Source of the DNA: Candidatus Micrarchaeota archaeon
GTDB lineage: Archaea > Micrarchaeota > Micrarchaeia > Anstonellales > Anstonellaceae
DNA length: 64,000 nucleotides
Direction of reading: 5' to 3'
Assembly: GCA_026413765.1 (NCBI GenBank)
Contig: JAOAKI010000004.1
Span: 33,513 to 97,512, forward strand
Shown: positions 10,222 to 19,392 of the stretch, in pieces
Layout: each line of letters starts with the position of its first letter
Position numbering within the stretch: position 1 is the stretch's first letter
Notes under the pieces: generated by a model
Databases searched by the model: none
Seen by the model: only the letters and a program-made list of their open reading frames with translations
Told to the model about the DNA's origin: nothing
Translations under genes and position numbers: made by a program

Positions 10222-11328
10222 TCATATCACTATTTTGCCTCTCTGGGCGATCAGAAGCGAGTTTCCAGTCTGGTAGTGCGCATAGACAGTTGCGGTTATT
10301 GGGGTCTTTTCAGTGTACACGTAATCGACATGGACTGACGCAGAAACTTTACCAACCATGCTTTCTGCTGACCCAAAATGGTCGTTTCTGCCGTAAGCCA
10401 CGTGCGGTCCGGCTTTTTCCCTCTCAACTATCGGGACCTCCTGCTCGCCTCGGGCATTTTCATTTATTCCAAAGCCGATTTCGGCTATGTTGGCTGCCGC
10501 CTTTTCTTTTGCTATGTTTTCAATAACTCTTCTTGCCTCAGTGCAATCGCCTTCAACCTTCACTATCCTGTTTTCGTTTACATGCAAGAAAGCAACCCTC
10601 TCATCTTCAATTGAATAAATCGGCAGTATGCCTGCTGTGTTGGATTTGCCAAATAGCATCCTGCCCTTTGGGCTTATTCCCTCATAAGGCGCGCTGAACA
10701 CTTCTCCTGAAGGCAAGTTTATCACCTGGCCCGCCTCTCTGCATACGCCAGCATCAACAATCCAATTGTTTGCTCTTGTATCAATATGCAGCTTTGTGCC
10801 TCTCGGTATTCTTTTTCCGTCAAAAATCAATTCAAAGCCTATGGCATGGCGGATGCATGAAAGGAGCCTCTCTGCCCGTTTTGCCATCCTCTCATAATCC
10901 ACAAGCATTGCAGCCTCCATCTCTTTTCTGAATCCTGGCATAGAAATGCATCTGAGGCTTTCTGCCTCTTTTGCTAGGTTCTTGAGCGGCGCAGTTGCAG
11001 AATACTTGTTTATCGCAACCACAACATTGCAGCTTTTTATCAATTCTTTCAAGTCATTCACATGGCCTCCGTCTATCGTCTCTGCGCTTGGCGGCAAGTC
11101 CGCATTGTGCTTTCCCGTCGGCTCATAAAGAACAATCGGCAAAAGCCGGCAGCTCCTTTTTTTGCACAGCTCCTCCATTGCTTGGCAATATTCAATCAGA
11201 AGCGCTCTCCCTTCGTGTTCTTCCTTTGCCTTGCCAACGAAATCGCTAATGAAGAGTATTCTTTCTCCTTTTTTTGGCGCTATGCAAAATTCAAACAACC
11301 TTGTGATTTTTTGGGCTGGCAGGCTCAT
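10222..11328 (-). CDS. putative aminopeptidase (M29/AmpS-like)
   Basis: 368-aa soluble protein with overall similarity in length and acidic/His metal-binding pattern (HVAYGRNDHFG) to thermophilic aminopeptidase family; family call uncertain. Confidence 0.4.
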   Translation of the reverse strand: MSLPAQKITRLFEFCIAPKKGERILFISDFVGKAKEEHEGRALLIEYCQAMEELCKKRSCRLLPIVLYEPTGKHNADLPPSAETIDGGHVNDLKELIKSCNVVVAINKYSATAPLKNLAKEAESLRCISMPGFRKEMEAAMLVDYERMAKRAERLLSCIRHAIGFELIFDGKRIPRGTKLHIDTRANNWIVDAGVCREAGQVINLPSGEVFSAPYEGISPKGRMLFGKSNTAGILPIYSIEDERVAFLHVNENRIVKVEGDCTEARRVIENIAKEKAAANIAEIGFGINENARGEQEVPIVEREKAGPHVAYGRNDHFGSAESMVGKVSASVHVDYVYTEKTPITATVYAHYQTGNSLLIAQRGKIVI

Positions 11329-11441
11329 ATGCTGTTTTTGCAGTGAAAGCTTTATCTTTCTCTCTGCTAAGTAGGTGCTTATATAAATCTATCTATTTCT
11401 ATATATATCAGTTTTTTTATATATTGCTCTAATGTGATCGC

Positions 11442-11780
11442 ATGGAAAAAGCAATCAAACGGGTTAGAACAATCCATCCAGAAATGACTCACAAAGCCTA
11501 TTTGTTTCTTTTATGGCTGATTTCAAAAAAGAGGCTCCATGGATACGAGATGATAAAGCTCTTGGAGAAAGAAGGGATTGGAAGCATGGGTGCAAGCAGG
11601 CTATACCCAATGCTCAACCAAATGCTAAAAAGAGGCTGGATAAGGCAAGTTGAGACAAAAATTGGGAAAAGGAAAAGAAAAGCGTACGAGATAACTTCAG
11701 ACGGATCAAAAACTCTTCAAGAAGGAAAGAAGCTCTTTCGCGGCATATTGGGAGAATTTATAAGAGAGATGTTGTCATGA
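11442..11780 (+). CDS. PadR-family transcriptional regulator
   Basis: YLFLLWLISKKRLHGYEMIKLL ... SRLYPMLNQMLKRGWI winged-helix PadR signature; overlaps start of ABC ATPase gene (ATGA). Confidence 0.85.
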   Translation: MEKAIKRVRTIHPEMTHKAYLFLLWLISKKRLHGYEMIKLLEKEGIGSMGASRLYPMLNQMLKRGWIRQVETKIGKRKRKAYEITSDGSKTLQEGKKLFRGILGEFIREMLS

Positions 11781-12460
11781 GCGGCCAAAATGTTTTGTTG
11801 AGGTTAGAAAACGTTACGAAAGTCTATGACATGGGCGAGACTAAAGTCTATGCCCTCTCGAATGTCAACCTTTCCATCAAAAAGGGGGAGTTTTCCGCTA
11901 TTTTGGGCCCTTCTGGCTCAGGAAAAAGCACTCTGCTTCACATCTTGGGTCTGTTGGATGAGCCGACTTCTGGCAAAGTCTACCTTGACGGCATTGATGT
12001 CCAGACGCTAAGCGAGAAGCAGAGGGCAATGCTGCGGGGCAAAAAAATCGGCTTCGTCTTTCAAATGTTCAATCTCATCCCCTCTTTGACGGTCCTACAA
12101 AACGTCACTCTTCCTGCGATCATCTACGAGACTTCACCTGCAAAAGCAGAGGCTGCAGCGATCCAAATCTTGAAATCTATTGACATGGGCGACCGGCTTT
12201 TCCACTATCCAAACCAGCTTTCAGGCGGGCAAAGGCAGAGAGTGGCAATCGCAAGGGCGCTGATAAACGAGCCCGACATAATTTTTGCAGACGAGCCCAC
12301 CGGCAACCTTGACAGCAAAACAGGCCAAGAAGTCCTCAAGCTTTTCGAAGAGCTCAATCGCAATGGCAAAACAATTGTTATCGTTACTCATGATCTTGCC
12401 GTTGCAAAGATTACCAATCGGATAATCCGTGTAGCGGATGGTAAGATAATCAAATCATAG
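11777..12460 (+). CDS. ABC transporter ATP-binding protein (MacB/LolD-like)
   Basis: Walker [10 protein letters not shown], signature [15 protein letters not shown], Walker [13 protein letters not shown]. Confidence 0.9.
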   Translation: MSGQNVLLRLENVTKVYDMGETKVYALSNVNLSIKKGEFSAILGPSGSGKSTLLHILGLLDEPTSGKVYLDGIDVQTLSEKQRAMLRGKKIGFVFQMFNLIPSLTVLQNVTLPAIIYETSPAKAEAAAIQILKSIDMGDRLFHYPNQLSGGQRQRVAIARALINEPDIIFADEPTGNLDSKTGQEVLKLFEELNRNGKTIVIVTHDLAVAKITNRIIRVADGKIIKS

Positions 12461-12463
12461 GAG

Positions 12464-13945
12464 GTGTGTTTTATGACAAAACTGCTGTTGTGCGGACTGT
12501 TGTTGGCAATCCTTTTTGTGGGGATTGCTTCATCTGCCTTATATATAGATTCATATAGCGTGGTTCCAGAAGTTTTGGTGCCGGGGCAAGAAGGCGCCAT
12601 CACGTTTGCAATCAAAAATGTCATTCCACCTGGATCAACTTCGACAGCCCAGCTGGAAGATGTGCAAGTGTTTTTTGCGGCTCCGAAAGGACTGACCTAC
12701 AAGTCACAAAGCCCATTCATTGTAGGGTCAATACCTGTTGGAGGTTCCGCACTAGTCTCTATCCCATTTAAGGTTAATCCGGACGCCAAAGGAGGGGCAA
12801 TTACTGCGCCATTCTTTGTTTCAATGAAAGAAGAAAAAGAGCTCAAGACCCTCAACGTCGTCATCCGTGTCAGCAATCCAGCCATCCTTTCGCTTTCGTC
12901 AGACAAGCAAACAATCGCATCAACCGAAACGATCAACCTGACAATCTTAAACGATGGAGGAGTTGCAACGCGCGCAACACTCAAAATAGACCAAAGCAGC
13001 AAATTCTCGCTCCTTGGCAAAACCACAATCTATCTTGGTGAAATCAAAGATAAGCTTGTGGTGGAGGTCCCAATTGACGCAAGGAAAGCAGATGAGGGCG
13101 TCAGCAGCATACCTTTCATCATAACCTATATTGACGAGGCGGGCAACACACTCACCGAGACAAAGATGTTGCCGATTGCAATCAAGAAAGAGAAGGCAGA
13201 CGTTGTCTTCACTCAGCTTTCATCAGTCATTGCCGCAAAGAGCAACAAGCTTGTGCTGTCGGTTAAGAATACTGGCCGCCCGCTGGAAGACTTCAAGGTT
13301 TTTCTTGAGGACCAAAACATAAAGTCTAAAGAGTCAAATCAGGTACGCTTGGGTAGCCTTGCCGCGGGCCAAGAAAAAGAATTTTCGTTTGAGGTCTTTG
13401 CAGATGTGCAGCCAGGCGTGCACCAGGCAGCGATGCGCTTGAGGTGGGTAGAAGATGATGTTGAGAAAGAGCAGACAATCTCGATTCCGATTGTGGTGCA
13501 GTCTGATGCAAAGACAGCCATCTTTGTCGATGCAAAGCCAGCTCCACTCACAGTGGGAGGCGAGCACACTCTCTCAATTCTTGTTTCAAATATAGGCTCA
13601 TACAAGATAAACAACGTTGAGGTTCTTTTGAATGCAAGCGAAGCATTCGATGTGCTCAATGCGCAGGCAAGCCAATATATTGGGGGATTGGAAGCAGATG
13701 ATTTTTCAACTGTGCAATACAAGGTGCGTGTCAGGGCCAAGCAAGCAGGAACTTATCCGATTTTGGTTAACGTGAAATACAAAGACCAGTCTGGTCAATG
13801 GATCAATGACAATAGTCGAATCGACCTTCTGGTCCGCGGCGTTGAAGAAAGCAAGGGACAAAACAACCTTCTTTTTGTCGGAGCTGGCGCAATAGTCCTG
13901 ATAGGGGCGGCGCTCTACTGGTTCAAGTTCCGCAAGAAGAAGTGA
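12464..13945 (+). CDS. secreted beta-rich surface protein with C-terminal TM anchor (COG1361-like S-layer-domain protein associated with ABC/FtsX systems)
   Basis: N-terminal signal peptide, four repeated Ig-like segments, C-terminal hydrophobic helix followed by FKFRKKK; embedded between ABC ATPase and FtsX permeases. Confidence 0.55.
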   Translation: MCFMTKLLLCGLLLAILFVGIASSALYIDSYSVVPEVLVPGQEGAITFAIKNVIPPGSTSTAQLEDVQVFFAAPKGLTYKSQSPFIVGSIPVGGSALVSIPFKVNPDAKGGAITAPFFVSMKEEKELKTLNVVIRVSNPAILSLSSDKQTIASTETINLTILNDGGVATRATLKIDQSSKFSLLGKTTIYLGEIKDKLVVEVPIDARKADEGVSSIPFIITYIDEAGNTLTETKMLPIAIKKEKADVVFTQLSSVIAAKSNKLVLSVKNTGRPLEDFKVFLEDQNIKSKESNQVRLGSLAAGQEKEFSFEVFADVQPGVHQAAMRLRWVEDDVEKEQTISIPIVVQSDAKTAIFVDAKPAPLTVGGEHTLSILVSNIGSYKINNVEVLLNASEAFDVLNAQASQYIGGLEADDFSTVQYKVRVRAKQAGTYPILVNVKYKDQSGQWINDNSRIDLLVRGVEESKGQNNLLFVGAGAIVLIGAALYWFKFRKKK

Positions 13946-13957
13946 GGAGGAAGCGCA

Positions 13958-15181
13958 ATGAAGCTTGCAGATGTTTTAGCCTATTCGTTCATGAATTTGC
14001 GGCATCGCAAGCTTCGCTCAGCGCTAACCATACTTGGCATCGTCATCGGCATTTGCGCAGTCGTGTCGCTTGTGACATTTGGGAAAGGGTTCCAAGAAGA
14101 GGTAAACAAGCAGCTGGGGGCATTGGGCGGGCGGACGATTTTTGTCAGCCCTGTAGCCTCAGTCGGAACTGCGTCAGCATTCCGTGCGGGCGCAGCACCT
14201 TCCTCCGGCAAGCTTTACCAAAAAGACTATGAGCGACTCAAGAAAATTGCAGAAATTGAAGAGATTGCAAGACTTCTCATGGGCAGGACGAGCCTGAAAT
14301 TCAAGGATAAGGAAATAAGCGGGATGGTGTTTGGGATTGAGCCTGGAGTTTTTGAAAAGACTACTGCCATTGAAATAGAGACGGGGCGGTTTCTCCTTCC
14401 TTCAGATAGGAAGGTCGCAGTGATTGGGAACACAATATCAGAATCTGCTTTCGGACAGAACAACAAAGTCGGGCTAAATTCTTACATTGAAATAAGCGGG
14501 CAAAAATTCCGCGTCATTGGAATCATGAAAAAAAGCGGAAATGCATTCAGCGGAGGGCGAGTTGATTCAGCGATATACATACCGTTTGAGGATGCGCGGC
14601 AGCTTTTCAGGTCGACTTTCAAAGAGGGCGAGATTGGCGCGATGGCGGTCTTGATTAGGGAAGGAGCTGATGCCGAAGAAGTAAGCGAGAAAATGCGGGC
14701 AGAGCTTGACGCAAGCAGAAAAGTAAAGCCTGACGAGCGCGACTATTCAGTGGTCAACCCAAAAACTATCCAGGATGCGATAAACCAGGTTTTGGGGCTT
14801 GTGACTCTCTTTGTCGGCACAATAGCGGGCATATCGCTTGTCGTTGGCGGGCTTGCGATTGCAAGCTCAATGTTTACGGCAGTTGTTGAGCGAACGAAAG
14901 AGATCGGGATTCTCAAATCTATCGGCGCAACGCAAGAGGACATTATGAGGATTTTCATTTTCGAGGCAGGAATCTTAGGCGGAATTGGCGGCCTTATTGG
15001 GGTGCTGGTTGCATTTGGAATTGTCTATTTGGCAAACTCTTTCGGTGTTCCTTCTCAGATTGATTTGTTTGTTGGCTTATTTGGGGTTTCATTTGCGTTT
15101 CTGGTTGGAGTGCTTGCTGGGCTCGTTCCTGCAAGAAATGCGGCAAAGCTCAGCCCAGTCGAGGCTTTGCGTTATGATTAG
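13958..15181 (+). CDS. ABC transporter permease, FtsX/MacB-like (4 TM with large extracytoplasmic domain)
   Basis: N-terminal TM, ~230-aa external domain, C-terminal 3-TM FtsX module with IGILKSIGATQEDIMRIF motif. Confidence 0.85.
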   Translation: MKLADVLAYSFMNLRHRKLRSALTILGIVIGICAVVSLVTFGKGFQEEVNKQLGALGGRTIFVSPVASVGTASAFRAGAAPSSGKLYQKDYERLKKIAEIEEIARLLMGRTSLKFKDKEISGMVFGIEPGVFEKTTAIEIETGRFLLPSDRKVAVIGNTISESAFGQNNKVGLNSYIEISGQKFRVIGIMKKSGNAFSGGRVDSAIYIPFEDARQLFRSTFKEGEIGAMAVLIREGADAEEVSEKMRAELDASRKVKPDERDYSVVNPKTIQDAINQVLGLVTLFVGTIAGISLVVGGLAIASSMFTAVVERTKEIGILKSIGATQEDIMRIFIFEAGILGGIGGLIGVLVAFGIVYLANSFGVPSQIDLFVGLFGVSFAFLVGVLAGLVPARNAAKLSPVEALRYD

Positions 15182-15186
15182 GTGGC

Positions 15187-16413
15187 TTGATGAGATTCAT
15201 TGACATTATTTATTATTCCCTGAATAACATTCAGCACAGCCAGGGGCGCTCTTGGCTTACAATACTTGGCATCATTATAGGGATTTGTGCAGTCGTGTCG
15301 CTTCTGAGCATCGGCCAAGGCTTTTCAGATTCAATCAACGCTGAGCTCAAAAAGCTCTCTTTTGACGTCATCTATATCCTCCCAATCTCAGAAGAGCGCC
15401 TCTCAAGTGGAAGCATCTCTGCAGGCGCACTTTCCCTTTTTTCCGGCAAGCTTACCGATAACGATGTCGAGAGGCTCAAGAGGGTCCCGCAAATCGCAGA
15501 CATTTCAAGAATAATTGAAAGAAGGGCAAGCGTGACTTTCAAAGACAAGACAATCACTGCGCTGATAAATGGCATCGAGCCAGGTGTTTTCGAAAAAACA
15601 ACGAACATAGGGCTTGCAGAAGGCAGGTTCTTGCTGGAAAGCGACCGGCGGGTTGCAGTCATAGGAAATTCGGTCTCAGAAGAGCTGTTTAAGCCAAAGC
15701 AAGTAGATGTCGGCAGTTTTCTTGAAATCAACGGGGTAAAATTTCGTGTCATTGGCATCATCCAAAAAAGCGGCAGCACTTTTGGTGCAGAGCTTGACAA
15801 TGCCATCCTAATCCCCTTTGAAGAAGCAAGAGAAATCTTCAAGGAAATCGTAGGACCAAACGAGATGGACGTGATCGCTGTCACCCTCAAAAGCGGCGAA
15901 AGCGCAGATCTTGCAGAAGAGGCAATCAAAGCAGAATTGGATGCAGGCAGGAAAGTCAAGCCATCTGAGCGCGACTATTCAGTCATCACTCCAAAAACCA
16001 TTCTGAATTCGGTAAACCAAGTGCTGGGGCTTGTCACTTTATTCTTGGGGGCAATAGCCGCAATTTCGCTTTTGGTGGGCGGCATATCGATAATGAACAA
16101 CATGTTCACCGCTGTGCTCCAGCGGACAAGGGAGATAGGGACTCTCAAGGCAATCGGCGCTACCGACAGTGAAATCTTGAAAATTTTTATTTTTGAAGCC
16201 GGATTGATAGGTGCGGTAGGTGGAATGGTTGGTGCTCTCCTTTCGCTTGTTCTTGTCTATATTGGCACCTTTTTTGGCCTTCCTGCCTCATTCGATCCAT
16301 TGCTTCCAGTTTTTGGCATTCTCTTTGCATTTTTCGTTGGCATCATTTCTGGATTCCTGCCTGCTCTCCGTGCGTCCAGACTGAGCCCGATAGAGGCGCT
16401 TCGCTACGAATAG
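15187..16413 (+). CDS. ABC transporter permease, FtsX/MacB-like (paralogue of preceding gene)
   Basis: same architecture; IGTLKAIGATDSEILKIF; about 45 percent identical to upstream permease by eye. Confidence 0.85.
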   Translation: MMRFIDIIYYSLNNIQHSQGRSWLTILGIIIGICAVVSLLSIGQGFSDSINAELKKLSFDVIYILPISEERLSSGSISAGALSLFSGKLTDNDVERLKRVPQIADISRIIERRASVTFKDKTITALINGIEPGVFEKTTNIGLAEGRFLLESDRRVAVIGNSVSEELFKPKQVDVGSFLEINGVKFRVIGIIQKSGSTFGAELDNAILIPFEEAREIFKEIVGPNEMDVIAVTLKSGESADLAEEAIKAELDAGRKVKPSERDYSVITPKTILNSVNQVLGLVTLFLGAIAAISLLVGGISIMNNMFTAVLQRTREIGTLKAIGATDSEILKIFIFEAGLIGAVGGMVGALLSLVLVYIGTFFGLPASFDPLLPVFGILFAFFVGIISGFLPALRASRLSPIEALRYE

Positions 16414-16447
16414 TTTTTAATTAAGTGCTTTTCATTTTTAGTTTTGT

Positions 16448-16596
16448 GCAGGGGTAGCCAAGTCTGGTCAAAGGCGCAGGACTCAGATTGGGCATCACAT
16501 CCCACAGGGGAAATCCTGTCGGTCAGCCGTTCGTGGGTTCAAAAGCTTGTGCTGTGATTTTTCCGCAGCTATAAGCTGGCATTCCCTCCCCCTGCA
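16448..16596 (+). tRNA. tRNA-Leu-like (class II, anticodon read as CAG) interrupted by two introns: 26 nt at canonical 37/38 and 39 nt in the T-loop at 59/60
   Basis: GCAGGGG acceptor pairs perfectly with CCCCTGC + A73 at 16589-16596; class II D-arm GCC-AAGTCTGGTCAAA-GGC; anticodon stem CAGGA/TCCTG; variable arm CGGTCAGCCG; removing 16544-16582 restores canonical T-loop TTCAAAT. Confidence 0.55.
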
Positions 16597-16599
16597 CTA

Positions 16600-16784
16600 C
16601 CCTAGGGGGCACTAAACTGACACAAGCTTCCCCCTAAGGGTTCACCCCCGAACGCAAAACCTAAAGATTTTTTAGCACCAGCTTATCACCAGCTTCCTCC
16701 TGAGGGCTCACTCCCTAGGGGGCACTAAACTGACACAAGCTTCCCCCTAAGGGTTCACCCCCGAACGCAAAACCTAAAGATTTT
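16600..16784. repeat. two perfect 72-bp direct repeats (16600-16671 and 16713-16784) separated by a 41-bp spacer, immediately 3' of the tRNA
   Basis: identical units CCCTAGGGGGCACTAAACTGACACAAGCTTCCCCCTAAGGGTTCACCCCCGAACGCAAAACCTAAAGATTTT read twice; each unit contains an imperfect inverted repeat CCCTAGGGGG/CCCCCTAAGGG. Confidence 0.8.
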
Positions 16785-16843
16785 AGAACAAAGATCTGCT
16801 GTGCTTTCTTTGGCATGTTGAAAAAGCAGAATCTCTGAGTTTG

Positions 16844-18091
16844 CTATGCCTTGTCTACTTTTTGAAAGAACGGAGATCTTTTTCGGTAGTCTTTTGGCAT
16901 GGCATCAAAGACGTTGCAGTAGTCATCGGGAATGTCGCTTTTTGCCGGTTCGCCAAACACTTCGTTTGCTGTTTCGATGAATTTGTCGAAATCCTCTCTT
17001 GGGTTAGTAAAATAAATTATATCTGGAACTTTGCTTACATAAACTTGCACGCCTTTTTCTTTCAGTTTGGAAAAAAATTCAACTAATTTTTGCTTCACTT
17101 TTTCATTTTTTATTCCGTTGATGTCACAGAATGCCGTTGCGTTCTCTTCTGCTGTCAGTGGTATATCTTTTATTACTGTTTCTTTCAAGATATCAAGCAT
17201 GCTTTTTGCATTGTAAGAAAAAATATCTAATTTAATTTTATTTTTTTTCATCCAAGTTATTATCCACGGGCCAAGCACAAATGCAGAATATTCTCTTTTG
17301 GCTATATTAAATGGAAGAAGATCATCGCCTCTTCCTTCTAAGAATCCCTCCCAAAGCTTTTCTATATTATGAAAAAAATTTCTGACACCAAGATAGTAGA
17401 ATTCAATGTGTTCCTTTTTTATCGGCAAAGAGTAATTAGTTTGAGTGTACATCGTAGCAAATTCGCTTGTTTGGACATTTTTACCAAGCCTGCTAAGATC
17501 TCTATAGAGGCGAAGAAAGTCACTGTCATTTTTTGGGCTCTGATTTATTATCGGCATGGAATGCGTCGCTTCATGTATGCCTATGTTGACTCCAAATATG
17601 AAAGCGTCAATCTTCCCTATCTTTTTCGGCATAATTTGGTTTCGGTTTATTTCAAGAAGAAAAGGGAAGTATTCGGTTCCGCTGGCTCCGCCCGTGAAAA
17701 GCCAATCCTCTGCCATTGCCAGCACGCTAAGCGGTGGAAAATACATCTCTTCTATTTTCCCATATTGCGACGCAATGTATCTTGACCCGCAATAAAAGCC
17801 GATAATCATTGCAATCTCTTTTTCGCTCAAATTTTTCGTATTTATCTTTATCCTTCCCTCGGCGTAGTCTTTTTTAATCTGCTGCAATAGCCATTTTTCA
17901 TTTTTTTCAAGCCATGAAACAAATTTCTCAACTCTTTCTATTTTGTGGCCACTGTAATACTTCTTGATGTCATTTTTGAACTCTTCTGACAAGCTCTTGA
18001 CTCTATTGATATAGAGCCAAAAACTGTCGAATTGCATATCCATACTAACTTTAGTTTTGTCTGCCACTGCGCCGTATTTTGGTAATTCCAT
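16844..18091 (-). CDS. hypothetical protein with HExxH zinc-metallopeptidase-like motif (HEATH), low-GC gene
   Basis: 415 aa, no TM or signal peptide; GVNIGIHEATHSMPI with a downstream Glu (SEFATMY) compatible with a gluzincin third ligand; AT-richer than neighbours. Confidence 0.45.
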   Translation of the reverse strand: MELPKYGAVADKTKVSMDMQFDSFWLYINRVKSLSEEFKNDIKKYYSGHKIERVEKFVSWLEKNEKWLLQQIKKDYAEGRIKINTKNLSEKEIAMIIGFYCGSRYIASQYGKIEEMYFPPLSVLAMAEDWLFTGGASGTEYFPFLLEINRNQIMPKKIGKIDAFIFGVNIGIHEATHSMPIINQSPKNDSDFLRLYRDLSRLGKNVQTSEFATMYTQTNYSLPIKKEHIEFYYLGVRNFFHNIEKLWEGFLEGRGDDLLPFNIAKREYSAFVLGPWIITWMKKNKIKLDIFSYNAKSMLDILKETVIKDIPLTAEENATAFCDINGIKNEKVKQKLVEFFSKLKEKGVQVYVSKVPDIIYFTNPREDFDKFIETANEVFGEPAKSDIPDDYCNVFDAMPKDYRKRSPFFQKVDKA

Positions 18092-18102
18092 CTTTTTTCA
18101 CC

Positions 18103-19365
18103 TTATTTACGATTTTTGTGCCTTTTTTTATATTTTTCTCCACATGGTCGATCATTCCTGCTCGAAATCAGCAACAGTGTTCCGCAAATGCCAATTGTTG
18201 CTGAAAACATAAACCCTGCTTGAAAATCAAACAATGCCCAAAGAATCCCAATCGCAAAGCTTGATGCGAAGTCCCCAACCCCATTCAATGTGGAAAGGAG
18301 ACCCAGCCCAAGCCCCATCCTTTTTTTGCCTGCAAGCTCAGATGCAATCGCGCTCTCAAGGCTGTCTTCTGCGGCGATGAATATTCCTGCTAGCGCAAAA
18401 AGGATGGCATAAATCAGAAAGTCTGGAGGTGCAATTATGAATCCTATATAAGTCAGCACTGCAATCGCGTATCCTGCCGCCAACATCTTTTTTTTGCCGA
18501 ATCTGTCTCCGGCCAGCCCAAAAGGATAGGAAGCGGCCGCATACGCAATATTTCTTATTGTGTAAAGCGCGACTGCTGCGGCAGCTGCTTCTGCAGCTCC
18601 CAGGACTGGGGCAAGCCTTGCCACAGCAAATGCAACAAGCAAGGTATGGGAAAAGTCGGCAAGCCCAAAAACAAAAACAGCAGTTGAAAATTTCTTGAAT
18701 CTATCAGGCAGCTTTGAAATCGAGGAAAGGAGCCCAATCCTTTCTTTTTTTGTTACTACCTTCTCTTCCCTGACAAGCAGCACAAAAGCCAAGAGCGCAA
18801 AAATTGCAGGAATCAAAGCAAGAAGGAATATCTGGCGCATTGTGAAAATCCCGCCCCAAAGCAGCGCAAGCGCTATTACAGGACCGATGATGGCACCAAG
18901 CGTGTCTCCTGCTCTGTGAAGCCCAAACGCCTTTCCCAAATCTTTTTTCTCAACCGAGGCTGCAAGCAGAGCATCTCGTGGGGGGCCCCTTATGCCTCTG
19001 CCAAGCCAGCCAAAAGCCCTTCCAAAAAGAACAGCCTGCCAAGAGGAGGCAAGCGCTATTATCGCAGGAAATACTGCAGTTGCACAATATCCTGCGGTTG
19101 CAATAAGCTTCCTTTTGCCTGTCTTGTCCGAATAATAGCCTGCGAAAACCTTCGCGAAACTTGAAATTCCGTCGCTTATGCCTTCAATTACCCCCAGTAT
19201 GTAAGTGGGAGCTCCAATCGAAAGCAAAAATGACGGAAGCAAAGCGGTGACTGCCTCGTGGCTTGCATCAGAAAGAAAGCTAGTGATTCCTGCCCCTGCC
19301 ACCGTGCTGTTGAGCCAGCCTTTTTTTTGCATGACGTTTTGGCACCCAAAAAGCTTATATTTCAT
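18103..19365 (-). CDS. MFS transporter
   Basis: 12 predicted TM helices; MFS loop motif GRAFGWLGRGIRGP between TM2-3-like region. Confidence 0.8.
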   Translation of the reverse strand: MKYKLFGCQNVMQKKGWLNSTVAGAGITSFLSDASHEAVTALLPSFLLSIGAPTYILGVIEGISDGISSFAKVFAGYYSDKTGKRKLIATAGYCATAVFPAIIALASSWQAVLFGRAFGWLGRGIRGPPRDALLAASVEKKDLGKAFGLHRAGDTLGAIIGPVIALALLWGGIFTMRQIFLLALIPAIFALLAFVLLVREEKVVTKKERIGLLSSISKLPDRFKKFSTAVFVFGLADFSHTLLVAFAVARLAPVLGAAEAAAAAVALYTIRNIAYAAASYPFGLAGDRFGKKKMLAAGYAIAVLTYIGFIIAPPDFLIYAILFALAGIFIAAEDSLESAIASELAGKKRMGLGLGLLSTLNGVGDFASSFAIGILWALFDFQAGFMFSATIGICGTLLLISSRNDRPCGEKYKKRHKNRK

Positions 19366-19392
19366 CGATTAAAATACATTGCGAGGTGTAGA

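Noticed and set aside
16600-16784. CRISPR array
   Set aside because: There are only two repeat copies, 72 bp long, with a 41-bp spacer. No cas genes and no additional units are present, so it is treated as a tandem direct repeat instead.
16448-18100. Complete integrated mobile element at the tRNA
   Set aside because: There is no integrase, transposase or replication gene, and the tRNA 3' end is not duplicated. Only composition and the repeats hint at a past insertion.
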